Under the pieces are notes generated by a model that was not told the origin of the DNA, did no database searches, and saw only the letters and a list, made by a program, of their open reading frames with translations. Positions 46,506-56,606 of a stretch of 64,000 nucleotides of DNA are shown piece by piece. Source of the DNA: Candidatus Berkelbacteria bacterium RIFCSPLOWO2_01_FULL_50_28 (GTDB lineage Bacteria > Patescibacteriota > UBA1384 > 2-12-FULL-50-11); NCBI GenBank assembly GCA_001774395.1, contig MEZX01000002.1, forward strand, positions 160,753 to 224,752, in the 5' to 3' direction. A program made the position numbers and the translations under genes. Position 1 is the first letter of the stretch, and each line of letters opens with the position of its first letter.

Positions 46506-47021
46506 ATGGAAGAAGAATACTCGTTTAAAGGACAGCGTTCGGATGAGCAAGTGGTGCTGGTTACCAAGCAACATCTGTGGCTCTTGTCGCCGTTAGTTCT
46601 TGTTTGGGCGGTGATAATTGGGTTGATTCTGCTCTTGGTTTGGTGGCAAGGGGCGTCGCGAGTGAGTTCGTATATAACTTTTGGCATCGCCGTGGTTGGG
46701 CTAATTTACAGCTATTACTTTTGGTTTATCTGGAACAACTCCGATTATATTGTGACCAACCAGCGGGTGATCAAAATGGATCAAATTAGCTTCTTCAACC
46801 GGGTTATTTCTGAAGCCGAAATTGACCGAATCCAAGAGATTTCAACCGAGGTGGCGGGGCCGATTCACACCTTACTCAAATTCGGCACGGTCCGTATTAA
46901 AACAGCATCGGACTCCGGCAAAATGGACCTGGACGACTTGACCGACCCGTACTCGGTTCAGCAAGTTATTGTGAGTATCCAGAAAAAAACCCACCCCAAC
47001 CGGCCCCCGCGGATTATTTAG
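46506..47021 (+). CDS. Membrane protein with a bacterial PH (bPH_2/DUF304, YdbS/YdbT-like) domain
   Basis: Two TM helices, then YIVTNQRVIKMDQ... Confidence 0.6.
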   Translation: MEEEYSFKGQRSDEQVVLVTKQHLWLLSPLVLVWAVIIGLILLLVWWQGASRVSSYITFGIAVVGLIYSYYFWFIWNNSDYIVTNQRVIKMDQISFFNRVISEAEIDRIQEISTEVAGPIHTLLKFGTVRIKTASDSGKMDLDDLTDPYSVQQVIVSIQKKTHPNRPPRII

Positions 47022-50000
47022 ACGTTGTCGAGAAAAAGTTGGGCAATCTCTTCGTCTAGATCGGCGCACTTTTCGACAGTCAGTGTTGTGCGGACGGCTT
47101 TAACGAGGCCGTTCTGGGCAACTCGTAGTTCAACCGGGGTTGTGCCAGGGTAGCCCTCTAGGAGTGATTTTAGTTTTGGGACAAGAGAGCGCGCGGCACC
47201 AGAAGGTAGATCGATCATGTAAGTTGAGGGCCCGTTGGGTTTGGCGGGGGAAGAGCCGCCGTTGGGTCGAGCCGCCCTGACTGTGCTCTCTAGCTTCGGT
47301 AGCATCTGCGGGCTGACTTCTTTCAAGTCCCAAACCCTTTCTGCCAAAAGTTTGACGGTGGAATCTTTGTCGGAAATCCGGGCGTCAACGATCACCATTT
47401 TGTCGGTCTGCCAGAGCGTTGGGAATTGGCCTAGAATTGTCGGGAAAACTATCACTTCTAGCTGGCCGGTTAGATCTTCCAGCTCGGCAAATGCCATCTG
47501 AGCCCCAGCTTTGGTGGTAATTTTTTTGAACTGCTGCAGTATTCCCGCTACTCGTACCATCTTGCCTGCCTGCTCGATGCTGAGCGTCGCAATCGGTGTC
47601 GCAAGGCTTGTTAGGGCAGGGAACTGTTTGAGCGGGTGATCGGAAAGGTAAAGTCCAAGTAGCTCCTTTTCCCAAGTTAAATAGGCCGCTTTATCTTCGA
47701 CGGTTGTTGGTAGCACAACAGCGGGCAAGTTCTGCTTATTGACCGCTTCGGCGAAGATACTGAGCTGACCCTCCGTCACTCCTTTGCCGCCGGCCGCGTA
47801 TTTAACCAGTAGCTCTAGAGCTCCGTGAAGATCGCTTCGTTTACCGAATCTGTCGAGCGCTCCGGAGCGCACGAGGCTGTCTAGGACTTTCTTGTTGAGC
47901 GTCGCCCCGTTTCGACTCAGGAAATCTTCCAAGGTTTCGTACGGGCCGTTGGTTTTGCGCTCCCGTACCATGGCCTTGGCCACCGCGGTACCGACGTTCT
48001 TAATGGCCCCGAGTCCAAAACGGATTGCCTTCTTCTCTTTTAGCACGGCAAAGGCGGCGAACGATTCGTCGACGTCTGGCGGCAAAACTTTCAATCCCAT
48101 ATGCTCGCACTCGGAAATTTCAATAGAGAGGCGATCGGTGTTATCTAGGTCACTAGTCATCAGGGCGGCCATAAAACAATCTGGGAAGTGAGCCTTGAGA
48201 TAGGCCGTTTGATAAGCGATAGTGGCGTAGCTGACGGCGTGGCTTTTGTTGAAGCAATACGCGGCGAAGTCTTCGAGCTGTTTCCAAATATCTCGTGCCT
48301 TAGTCTCGACTACCCCGTTTTTGACCGCGCCCGTGATGAATTTTTCTTTCATCTGGGCCATCAATTTTGGTATTTTTTTACCGACTGCTTTGCGCATTGT
48401 GTCGGCTTCCGCCCCCGTGAAACCGCACATGTCTTTGCTCATCCGCATGACTTGCTCTTGGTAGACTGGAATCCCGTAGGTGTCTTTGAGGGCGTCTTTT
48501 GCCAATGGATGCAGATACTCAATTTTTTCTTTGCCGTTTTTGCGATCGATGAAACTCTGAATCCACTGCATCGGGCCGGGTCGGTAAAGCGCTACCATGG
48601 CGACGATATCCTCGAGCTTATTGGGGCGTAGCTCCTTGATGTAGCGTTTCATTCCGCTCGAGTTATGGACAACAAAGCCGTTAGCAACGTAGTTATTGCC
48701 CGGGGTTTCCATTTTTATGTCATACGTCTCTTCAATTCCGGCGGGTTTGATTGCTTTGACGGTGACGTAATCAAATCCTGAGGGAATTCGCGGGCACTCC
48801 CAGGCGACTAGCGTTCGGTACTTGAGGGCGAACTCGGCGAACTTTGTCGTGCTAATTATGACTAACTTGATTGCCGGGTATTGTTTCTGGAATTCTTCCA
48901 TCTTCAGCCGGTCGCCATCGTGTAGCCAGCCCTTAATCTCATAGTAAGTATTTTCGCTTGGAACAAAAAAGTCTGGCGTATAATTGGTGCTTCTACCGTC
49001 TGGTAAGGTGACGGGGAAAGTTTCAGGTTCGTAGTCGTAAGCTAACCCGTTATGAATTAGAACACGGGCAAAATCAGCCTCCCAATTTGAGCGAACATAA
49101 TGTCCTAAGTCCTGCCGAAAACCACCCTTTCTGTGCGGTGGCCTGCGGCCAAACATGTGATTTTTTTCGCCTCTCATTGCTTCGCTCATCCGTAAGCGGA
49201 TCTCTTCTGCTCGCTCGGGCCCGAACTTATCGATGTTTGTTTTTCCGGCCAGACTGCGACTGATCTTTTCGCCCGTTAAAGCCAGTAAAGCGCTACTCTC
49301 CTTTGTTTCCCCAAGATTCCAAGGCTTTCCGCCACTTTCGTAAAAACGGTGTCGGGATTCAGCAATCCGTTGACGCGAAATTGCTTTGCTTGGATTACTG
49401 TAATGGCGTGCCGAACAGGTATAACAGTACTGGCTTTTCCCTTCTTTTTGGCCATCAATTTGCCTTCCGCAGATGTGGCAGGTGTTGTAAATCAGATGCT
49501 TGGCCTTATTCTTGAGTAAGATTTCCTCGCCGTTTATTAACTCGCTTAGCTTCTTCCAACCATCCTTAGTCAAAAAATGATGATCGGCGCTGGCCTTAAT
49601 GAACCAGCCATTAGTAGCGATGAGATTATAGAGTTGCTTTTTGGGACCCTTCAACACGCGCAGGATTTTATTTTTATGGACTTTGCCTTCGTCGAGGTAG
49701 ACTGACTCTAGCCGCTTTTTGTCCTGGGTCGTGTAAAGCTTTTTTATCGTTGTATTTGAGATGATGGTATCGCCCGATAAACATTCAAGCTGAAAGACAC
49801 CTGTTGTCTCGCCCTTGCCAAACAGCTCGAAAGTTTCTTTGTCATTTTCCGGCAGGTTGTAAACGTCAATTTTGTCGCCGTAAACTGCCTCGATTATCTC
49901 GCAGCACTGACGCAAGATGGTGTAGTTGGCCAGTCCCAAAAAGTCCATTTTTAGTAGGCCAATCTTTTCGATCGGGCCCATCGAATACTGGGTAACCTGG

Positions 50001-51610
50001 TGAACATCGCCGCCTTGAGCCTGCTGAACGGGAGCGTAATCCTCGAGCGGATCGTTAGAAATAACAACGGCGCAAGCGTGCTGGGAGGCGTGGCGAATAG
50101 TTCCCTCCAGTTTCATCGCCGAGTCCAAGACCATTTTGGCCTGCGGGTCGTTGTCGTACATCTGTTTTAGTTCTGGCGCCTCGCCGACTGATTTTGCCAG
50201 CGGGGTGTGACGACCCTGAATAGGCGCAGGGACTACTTTGGCGATGGCGTCGACCTGGTTATACGGCACGCCGAGTACGCGGCCAACGTCTCGCACCGCC
50301 GCTCTGGCCATAATCGTCCCGAAAGTGATAATGCCAGCCACATGCCCGTCGCCGTATTTGGCTCGGGCGTAATCGATAATTTCACCGCGGCGAGAATCTT
50401 CAAAGTCCATATCGATGTCAGGCATAGAGATGCGGTTTAAGTCTAAGAACCGTTCGAAGAGCAGATCGTATCGAAGCGGGTCGATGTTAGTGATTTCGAT
50501 AACGTACGAGATCAATGATCCGGCAGCCGAGCCGCGACAGCCGTAATATATCCCTTTTTCTCGGGCAAATTTGGCAAAATCCCAGACGGCCAGAAAGTAG
50601 CCCGGATAGCCCATCTTGTTGACAATCCCCAATTCGTAATCAAGGCGCGAACGAATTTCTGGTGTTACCTCGCGGAATCTCTTAGTTAGTCCTTCTTCGC
50701 AGAGATGTTTTAGGTACGATGCTTCCGTTTGACCCTTGGGCACGGGAAATTTTGGCAGGAGGTTCTGCTCAAGTGGAATGTCTAGGTTCACCAGATCCGC
50801 GATTTTCAGGGTGTTCTCGAGGGCCTGCGGCACGTCGGTGAAAGCCTCGGCCATCTCCTGCGGCGTTTTTAAGGAAAAGTCGCCGGTATAAATCATCCGG
50901 TTACTGTCGCTAACCAATTTCCCGGTTTGAATACACACCAGCTGATCATGAGACACGTGATCGTCAGAGTTAACGTAGTGCGTGTCGTTGGTGACAATCA
51001 ACGGAAATTTCAACTTCTCGGCTACACGTTTCAGATGTTCATTTACCACCTGTTGTTCGGGAATCGACGGATGATCTTGGAGCTCTAGATAGTACGAATC
51101 TTTACCGAACATCTCGCGGTAGGTTTGGATGGTAGTTTCCAGCTCGTCAAAATTTTTGTCTAGAATTAGCCGAGATGTTTCGCTGGCCAAACAGGCCGAG
51201 GAGGCGATCAATCCTTCGCTGTGGCGACTCAAAAAATCTCGATCCACTCGGGGTTTGTAGTAGTATCCCTCCAAGTGGGCGGCGCTGGTGATTTTGATTA
51301 AGTTTTTGTAACCGGCAAGGTTTTTGGCTAGGAGAATCATATGGAACGGCCGCGAGCCGGGTCCGCTGGTTCGGTCGGACATGGCGTGCGGGGCGATGTA
51401 GGCTTCCTGGCCAATAATCGGTTTAAGACCAGCTTTTTTACACTCACTAAAAAATTCTATGGCGCCGTAGAGAACGCCGTGATCGGTCAGGGCCAACGCC
51501 GGCATGCCCAGCTCTTTGGCTCGCCCAACCAACTCCGGCACTTTCCCTAAGCCATCAAGTAACGAGTAATGCGAGTGAACATGAAGATGGACGAAGTTGG
51601 GCTTGGGCAT
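47018..51610 (-). CDS. dnaE: DNA polymerase III alpha subunit (DnaE), interrupted in frame by a 374-aa intein
   Basis: PHP domain (HLHVHSHYSLLDG), the GVFQLE|...|SGMKRYIKELRP junction and ALYRPGPMQ...IDRK; 1530 aa of which about 1156 aa are extein. Confidence 0.97.
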   Translation of the reverse strand: MPKPNFVHLHVHSHYSLLDGLGKVPELVGRAKELGMPALALTDHGVLYGAIEFFSECKKAGLKPIIGQEAYIAPHAMSDRTSGPGSRPFHMILLAKNLAGYKNLIKITSAAHLEGYYYKPRVDRDFLSRHSEGLIASSACLASETSRLILDKNFDELETTIQTYREMFGKDSYYLELQDHPSIPEQQVVNEHLKRVAEKLKFPLIVTNDTHYVNSDDHVSHDQLVCIQTGKLVSDSNRMIYTGDFSLKTPQEMAEAFTDVPQALENTLKIADLVNLDIPLEQNLLPKFPVPKGQTEASYLKHLCEEGLTKRFREVTPEIRSRLDYELGIVNKMGYPGYFLAVWDFAKFAREKGIYYGCRGSAAGSLISYVIEITNIDPLRYDLLFERFLDLNRISMPDIDMDFEDSRRGEIIDYARAKYGDGHVAGIITFGTIMARAAVRDVGRVLGVPYNQVDAIAKVVPAPIQGRHTPLAKSVGEAPELKQMYDNDPQAKMVLDSAMKLEGTIRHASQHACAVVISNDPLEDYAPVQQAQGGDVHQVTQYSMGPIEKIGLLKMDFLGLANYTILRQCCEIIEAVYGDKIDVYNLPENDKETFELFGKGETTGVFQLECLSGDTIISNTTIKKLYTTQDKKRLESVYLDEGKVHKNKILRVLKGPKKQLYNLIATNGWFIKASADHHFLTKDGWKKLSELINGEEILLKNKAKHLIYNTCHICGRQIDGQKEGKSQYCYTCSARHYSNPSKAISRQRIAESRHRFYESGGKPWNLGETKESSALLALTGEKISRSLAGKTNIDKFGPERAEEIRLRMSEAMRGEKNHMFGRRPPHRKGGFRQDLGHYVRSNWEADFARVLIHNGLAYDYEPETFPVTLPDGRSTNYTPDFFVPSENTYYEIKGWLHDGDRLKMEEFQKQYPAIKLVIISTTKFAEFALKYRTLVAWECPRIPSGFDYVTVKAIKPAGIEETYDIKMETPGNNYVANGFVVHNSSGMKRYIKELRPNKLEDIVAMVALYRPGPMQWIQSFIDRKNGKEKIEYLHPLAKDALKDTYGIPVYQEQVMRMSKDMCGFTGAEADTMRKAVGKKIPKLMAQMKEKFITGAVKNGVVETKARDIWKQLEDFAAYCFNKSHAVSYATIAYQTAYLKAHFPDCFMAALMTSDLDNTDRLSIEISECEHMGLKVLPPDVDESFAAFAVLKEKKAIRFGLGAIKNVGTAVAKAMVRERKTNGPYETLEDFLSRNGATLNKKVLDSLVRSGALDRFGKRSDLHGALELLVKYAAGGKGVTEGQLSIFAEAVNKQNLPAVVLPTTVEDKAAYLTWEKELLGLYLSDHPLKQFPALTSLATPIATLSIEQAGKMVRVAGILQQFKKITTKAGAQMAFAELEDLTGQLEVIVFPTILGQFPTLWQTDKMVIVDARISDKDSTVKLLAERVWDLKEVSPQMLPKLESTVRAARPNGGSSPAKPNGPSTYMIDLPSGAARSLVPKLKSLLEGYPGTTPVELRVAQNGLVKAVRTTLTVEKCADLDEEIAQLFLDNV
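48662..49783 (-). mobile_element. Intein in dnaE (residues 610-983; N-terminal Cys, C-terminal His-Asn, +1 Ser) with an internal non-LAGLIDADG homing-endonuclease-like region
   Basis: CLSGDT... to ...NGFVVHN|S. The insert carries a CHICG...CYTC Cys pair, NUMOD3-like repeats (GKPWNLGETKESSALLALTGEKISRSLAG) and a PD-(D/E)xK-like signature (TPDFFVPSENTYYEIKG). Confidence 0.85.
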
Positions 51611-51720
51611 GACTTAATAAGTCATACCAAGCCAGTTATCAATTTACAATTTTCAATTTTCAGTGAATAACTCAATGATTCAATTTTCAAGTTTAGAAAC
51701 GATTCTTGTTGTAACCACTA
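51611..51720. repeat. AT-rich CAATTTW repeat array (family member 3)
   Basis: caatttacaattttcaattttcagtgaataactcaatgattcaattttcaag. Confidence 0.55.
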
Positions 51721-51804
51721 GCGATGTTTTTAGCAAAGTGGGTAGGCATATTTGTTAGTGATCCTGTTCGTGACAGGACTGGCGAAAGCAAACATAATGG
51801 CAGT

Positions 51805-53058
51805 ATGAAAAACGTGCTGGTTGTTGGGGGCGGTGGACGCGAACACGCTCTGGCCTGGAAACTCTCCCAGTCCAATAGGATCGGAAATCTTTTTGTTTCA
51901 CCAGGGAACGCAGGAACCGCGCATCTCGCACAGAATATTCCCATTTCTTCTACTGACATCCCCGCCTTAATCAAATTTGCTAAACAAAACGCAATTGATC
52001 TGACTGTTGTTGGACCAGATAACTCATTGGCCGCGGGAATTGTAGATAGCTTTCAAGCCCACGGCCTAAAGATCTTTGGTCCCACAAAAAAGGCGGCAGA
52101 AATTGAGTGGTCAAAGGTATTCGCCAAGAAACTAATGAAAAAATATAATATCCCGACTGCCAAGTACGCTTCATTCTCGTCATACGAACCAGCACGGCGG
52201 TATATTTCTACAACCTCATTTCCCACGGTCATCAAAGTCGACGGTTTAGCCCTTGGAAAGGGGGTTTTCATTTGCGAAAGCCCCAAAGAAGCGAAGAAAG
52301 CACTAACGGCTATTATGCGAGGTAAGGATTTCGGGAGCTCGGGCACGAAGATTGTCATAGAGGAGTACCTGGAGGGGATAGAAGTTTCAGCTCACGCAAT
52401 CTGCGATGGAAGCAACTTTCTTCTCTTTCCTTTGGCTCAGGACCACAAACGGATTGGGGAGGGCAATACCGGTCCCAACACGGGCGGTATGGGGACAATC
52501 TGCCCAGTGCCTGGGCCGGTTCGCGAAATAAGTGGAATTATCAGAGCGACCTTAGAGGCCCTGCAAAAAGAAGGGCGATATTTCTCGGGCTGCTTGTTTC
52601 CCGGCATAATGCATACTTCTAAAGGCCCAAAAGTTTTGGAATATAACGCCCGCTTTGGCGATCCAGAAACTCAGGTTTATATGCGCCTACTGAAGAATGA
52701 CCTGCTTGAGGTTTTGGAAGCAGCAACCGAAAAGAGGCTGGGAAACGTTAAACTTGAATGGCAAACAGGAGCAGCTGCATGTATCGTACTAGCATCGCTT
52801 GGTTATCCGGGAAAGTACAAGCAAGGTTTTGAGATAGGGGGAATTGAGGAAAGATCGGGTAACGAAACGGTAATTTTTCACGCCGGAACCAAGCTAGACG
52901 GTGACAGAGTTCTCACGGCAGGAGGCAGGGTGTTGAATGTTACTGCAACGGGGGCGAACCTAGGAGAGACCTTGGAATTGGGCTATAAAGCTGCTGGAAG
53001 AGTGTCTTTCGAGGGTAAAGTATTTCGCAAGGACATAGGATTTCAGTTCGGAAGCTAA
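51805..53058 (+). CDS. purD: Phosphoribosylamine-glycine ligase
   Basis: MKNVLVVGGGGREHALAWKL... and the ATP-grasp region; internal Met of track ORF 51724. Confidence 0.9.
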   Translation: MKNVLVVGGGGREHALAWKLSQSNRIGNLFVSPGNAGTAHLAQNIPISSTDIPALIKFAKQNAIDLTVVGPDNSLAAGIVDSFQAHGLKIFGPTKKAAEIEWSKVFAKKLMKKYNIPTAKYASFSSYEPARRYISTTSFPTVIKVDGLALGKGVFICESPKEAKKALTAIMRGKDFGSSGTKIVIEEYLEGIEVSAHAICDGSNFLLFPLAQDHKRIGEGNTGPNTGGMGTICPVPGPVREISGIIRATLEALQKEGRYFSGCLFPGIMHTSKGPKVLEYNARFGDPETQVYMRLLKNDLLEVLEAATEKRLGNVKLEWQTGAAACIVLASLGYPGKYKQGFEIGGIEERSGNETVIFHAGTKLDGDRVLTAGGRVLNVTATGANLGETLELGYKAAGRVSFEGKVFRKDIGFQFGS

Positions 53059-53201
53059 GGGAATAGGGACGGAGAAGCTAACCCATCGGCTTATTTGTTG
53101 TAGCAGAACAGGAGCATAAAAGCCAAGCCACTCGAGAGTATTGTAAAATAGCGATTAAGTGCGATAGTGTCCACAGGAACATAAAGTTCGAGGAGCGTGA
53201 C

Positions 53202-53582
53202 GTGGAAGATGTAAGCACCGTTGGCGGATTTATCGATCTATTGCTCAAGAGAGAGGAAAACCAGTTTGGGATGCTGTCGTCGGTACTCAAGCTGGCGGAG
53301 GCGAATTACGATCCTGGCAACTGGGCACGATGGTTGACACAGCCCTTATGTCCAGAGGAGATCTACCCGCTCTGCGAAGTCATTAACTCGACATACCAGC
53401 GTATTCTGGTCGGTATCGATACAGACGAATGCTACAAGTCGACTATCGAGAACGCCCACCGGCATCAGCTGCTAGTTTTCACCGAAGCGGCAGCTTTGGG
53501 GGTCGAACTCGACAGGGAACGGGTCGACGCTCCGGTTTCAATGAGCGATGCATTGATCCGGGCACAAAGCGTCACTACTTGA
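53202..53582 (+). CDS. Hypothetical protein, 126 aa
   Basis: ORF only; no domain. A GC hairpin (GCCCCGG...CCGGGGC) follows it. Confidence 0.4.
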   Translation: MEDVSTVGGFIDLLLKREENQFGMLSSVLKLAEANYDPGNWARWLTQPLCPEEIYPLCEVINSTYQRILVGIDTDECYKSTIENAHRHQLLVFTEAAALGVELDRERVDAPVSMSDALIRAQSVTT

Positions 53583-53644
53583 TCAATCCTCTTTCGACAT
53601 CTCTCTAAGCCCCGGCGTGTGACCGGGGCACTACTTTCTGTCGG

Positions 53645-53673
53645 TTGACCAACGAAGCAGTTTTCGATATAAT
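53645..53673 (+). promoter_or_regulatory. Consensus sigma70 promoter TTGACC-17-TATAAT for rpmA; the transcript would be near-leaderless (about 5-nt UTR, no SD)
   Basis: TTGACCaacgaagcagttttcgaTATAAT ends 11 nt before the rpmA ATG. Confidence 0.55.
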
Positions 53674-53684
53674 TTTCTCTACTA

Positions 53685-53975
53685 ATGGCGCATACAAAAG
53701 CGAAAGGTTCAACAAGAAATAATCGAGACTCACAGTCGAAACGGCTGGGAGTTAAGGTTTATGGCGGAGAAGCAATTCGTCGTGGCGGCATAATCTTGCG
53801 TCAGCGCGGTAGCAAGTACTACGTCAGCGCCGGAGCGGCCGTATCGGGGGATGACTCCATCTACGCTACCTGCGACGGTCACGTTGTGTTCTCCAGTAAA
53901 AAAGTTAAAAAGTTTGACGGTCGGTTCGTTAGCAAGACCTTCGTTGGCGTTAAAGTTAAGGAAGAAGCGAAATAA
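53685..53975 (+). CDS. rpmA: 50S ribosomal protein L27
   Basis: MAHTKAKGSTRNNRDSQSKRLGVKVYGGE... Confidence 0.9.
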   Translation: MAHTKAKGSTRNNRDSQSKRLGVKVYGGEAIRRGGIILRQRGSKYYVSAGAAVSGDDSIYATCDGHVVFSSKKVKKFDGRFVSKTFVGVKVKEEAK

Positions 53976-54655
53976 TGGATATTGGCGCCATACTAAAAAC
54001 TGTTGAAGCTAGCTCACGGAAAGTAAAAGTCGCCGAAGTGCGTGTTGGCGAAACGGTTAAGGTTCACTACCGTATTAAAGAAGGCAACAAGCTGCGCCTC
54101 CAGATTTTTGAAGGCCTGGTCATCGGCGTAACCAAGCCAAAAACTCTTCAAGGCAGTTTCACGGTACGCAAGGTAATTGACGGCGTTGGCGTCGAACGAA
54201 CTTTTCCGTTCCACTCGCCGCATATAGCCAAGCTTGAACGAATTAAATCTGGCAAGGTGCGTCGGGCCAAGCTGAACTTCGTTCGCGAGTACGCCCTGTC
54301 GCGTCGTTTCAAACTCAAAGATAAAGGCGTGGCTGGTTCAGTTTGGGAAGAGGTCGCTAAGGAACAGCAGGAGATAGCTAAGGAAGAATCCAAAGAGGAA
54401 GCGAGTATCGAAGGGGAACTGGGTGCTGGGAACTTGGAACTGGATGAAGCAAAAAACGAACCAGTCCTTAGCACCGATTCTGAAACCCAGTCCCCAGTAC
54501 CTAGTGCCGAGTCCCCATCTTCCGAGGTTGCCAAACCAGAGGAATCAGCCGACAATAAGACCGATGAGCTATCTGGGCAAAGCGCTGGGGCAGATGGGGG
54601 AGACGCTAGCGGCGAACCTGTTGAAGAAAAAGGGATTGAAAGTCCTCAGGCGTAA
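53975..54655 (+). CDS. rplS: 50S ribosomal protein L19, with an unusual acidic, low-complexity C-terminal extension of about 100 aa
   Basis: L19 core to ...RRAKLNFVREYALSRRFKLKDKG. It then continues in frame through EEVAKEQQEIAKEESKEE...SPVPSAESPSSE...GEPVEEKGIESPQA, overlapping yraN in another frame. Confidence 0.8.
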   Translation: MDIGAILKTVEASSRKVKVAEVRVGETVKVHYRIKEGNKLRLQIFEGLVIGVTKPKTLQGSFTVRKVIDGVGVERTFPFHSPHIAKLERIKSGKVRRAKLNFVREYALSRRFKLKDKGVAGSVWEEVAKEQQEIAKEESKEEASIEGELGAGNLELDEAKNEPVLSTDSETQSPVPSAESPSSEVAKPEESADNKTDELSGQSAGADGGDASGEPVEEKGIESPQA

Positions 54656-54926
54656 TTTTGTGACCCATTTTGGCGAGATCGATATTCTGGCACGTGACGG
54701 CCAGTCTTTAGTAATTGTTGAGGTGAAGACCAAGACCAGCGGCTGGAAGGGTGCGGCAATCGAGATGATCACTCGTACCAAACAGGAAAAACTAATTTTA
54801 CTTGCCCACGAACTGCAGATGAAATATAAAACAAATAATGTTCGGATCGATGTGGTGACTGTCGACGAGGCTGCCGACGTGCCCGTGGTGCGCTATCACA
54901 AAGGAGTAATTGAGTTCAATGGATAA
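54564..54926 (+). CDS. yraN: YraN-family (UPF0102) endonuclease
   Basis: GE.LAA.LL.KKG...GEIDILARDGQSLVIVEVKT...RIDVVTV. Start ambiguous (54564 or 54594). It overlaps the rplS extension. Confidence 0.8.
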   Translation: MSYLGKALGQMGETLAANLLKKKGLKVLRRNFVTHFGEIDILARDGQSLVIVEVKTKTSGWKGAAIEMITRTKQEKLILLAHELQMKYKTNNVRIDVVTVDEAADVPVVRYHKGVIEFNG

Positions 54927-55066
54927 TAATAATTCTCAATTTTCGAATTTACAATTTTCAGTAAATGTCGCAATGATTCAATTCCGAAACATTGAAAATT
55001 GGTTAACTGGTAAATTATTGAAAATTGAAAACTGGCAATTGAAAATTGTTCAAACCGGAGGTTTGA
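54927..55066. repeat. AT-rich CAATTTW/GAAAATTG repeat array (family member 4)
   Basis: ctcaattttcgaatttacaattttcag...cgcaatgattcaattccgaaacattgaaaattgg...attgaaaattgaaaactggcaattgaaaattg. Confidence 0.55.
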
Positions 55067-55070
55067 AGTA

Positions 55071-56585
55071 ATGGCTGAGGAAATACGAGTTAGAATTGCC
55101 CCTTCGCCAACCGGTAAGTTTCACATCGGCACGGCTCGCACAGCATTGTTCAACTATCTGTTTGCCAAAAAACATGGCGGGCAGTTCATTGTGCGCATTG
55201 AAGACACCGACCGTGAGCGTAATGACGATGTTTACGTCAAAGACATTATCGATGGCCTGCTCTGGCTTGGCCTGGGATTCGACGAGGGCCCGCCCTTCCA
55301 TGGGGTCAGGGCGACTCCGAGCAAGGTCGAGGAGCCGGAAGTTGGTGGGCAGTTCGGCCCGTACTTTCAATCGGAAAGGTTGGATCTCTACAAACCGTAC
55401 GTCGAACAGCTGTTAAAGGAACATCTGGCCTATCGCTGTTACTGCACCGCCGAAGAGCTGACGAAAGTACGCGAGGCCGATCAGAAAAAGGGTTTGGCGC
55501 CAAAGTATTCTGGTCGCTGCCGAGATCTTACTGCCTCCGAGATCGATAAGTTTGAACGGGAGGGCAGAGCGTCGGTGATTCGCTTTAGGACTGAGCCAAG
55601 AAAGGTGAAGTTTACCGACTTGATTCGCGATGAGGTGGAATTTGATGCCGAACTTTTTGGTGATTTCGTGATCGTTCGTAGCGACGGAGTGCCACTATTT
55701 AATTTGTCGAATGTTATTGATGATTCCTTGATGAAAATTAGTCACGTCTTACGCGGCGAGGAGCATCTTGCCAACGCCGCCAAACAGATTATGTTGGCAG
55801 AGGCGCTCCGGATTGCAGTGCCAGAGTTCGGTCATCTGCCACTCATTTTTAACCCCGACCGAACAAAGATGAGCAAGCGACGTGACCCGGTGTCGGTGAG
55901 CGATGATTTTCGGGCCAGGGGCTATCTGCCGGAGGCGATGGTTAATTTCATGGCTCTGCTCGGGTGGTCAGGCGAAAACGATCGAGAGATTTATACGTTG
56001 TCCGAATTGGTAGAAGAGTTTGAGCTGGAGCGCGTCGGTAAAAGTCCGTCCATTTTTGATATCGAAAAATTGAAGTGGATGAACGGCTACTACATTCGAA
56101 ACGCCTCGATCGGCGAGGTAGCGTCGGAGGCTCAGAACTTCATCACTGATAAAAAATTGCTCCAGGCAACGCTCGATAAACCAGATTTTTATCTGGAGAC
56201 AGTCGTCCTGGTACGAGATCGGCTCAAGACCTACGCTGAGATCGAAGAAGCAATTGAGCTTTTCTACACGGCACCAAAGTATGACGCTGAGTTGCTGGTG
56301 GCCAAAAAATCTACTGCCAAAAATGCCCAGCTAGCACTGGTTGTCGCCGCGCAAACATTAAAGCAAATTGAGACTTTTTCGCTTGATGAACTGGAGCCGT
56401 CGTTGCGCGGGGCAGCGGCTAGTAACCAGCTGACCGATGGCGAACTGCTTTGGGCGGTGCGAGCGGCGCTATCTGGCAAAGCCGCGTCTCCTGGATGTTT
56501 TGAGTTGCTGGGGATTTTGAATAAAGACGAGTCTTTGAAGCGGATTGCTACGGCGATCAAGAAGCTCAAAGCTTTGAAAAGCTAA
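55071..56585 (+). CDS. gltX: Glutamyl-tRNA synthetase
   Basis: HIGT (PSPTGKFHIGTAR) and KMSKR motifs; SD CCGGAGG. Confidence 0.95.
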   Translation: MAEEIRVRIAPSPTGKFHIGTARTALFNYLFAKKHGGQFIVRIEDTDRERNDDVYVKDIIDGLLWLGLGFDEGPPFHGVRATPSKVEEPEVGGQFGPYFQSERLDLYKPYVEQLLKEHLAYRCYCTAEELTKVREADQKKGLAPKYSGRCRDLTASEIDKFEREGRASVIRFRTEPRKVKFTDLIRDEVEFDAELFGDFVIVRSDGVPLFNLSNVIDDSLMKISHVLRGEEHLANAAKQIMLAEALRIAVPEFGHLPLIFNPDRTKMSKRRDPVSVSDDFRARGYLPEAMVNFMALLGWSGENDREIYTLSELVEEFELERVGKSPSIFDIEKLKWMNGYYIRNASIGEVASEAQNFITDKKLLQATLDKPDFYLETVVLVRDRLKTYAEIEEAIELFYTAPKYDAELLVAKKSTAKNAQLALVVAAQTLKQIETFSLDELEPSLRGAAASNQLTDGELLWAVRAALSGKAASPGCFELLGILNKDESLKRIATAIKKLKALKS

Positions 56586-56606
56586 GGACAAATTTCTAGC
56601 AGGGCC

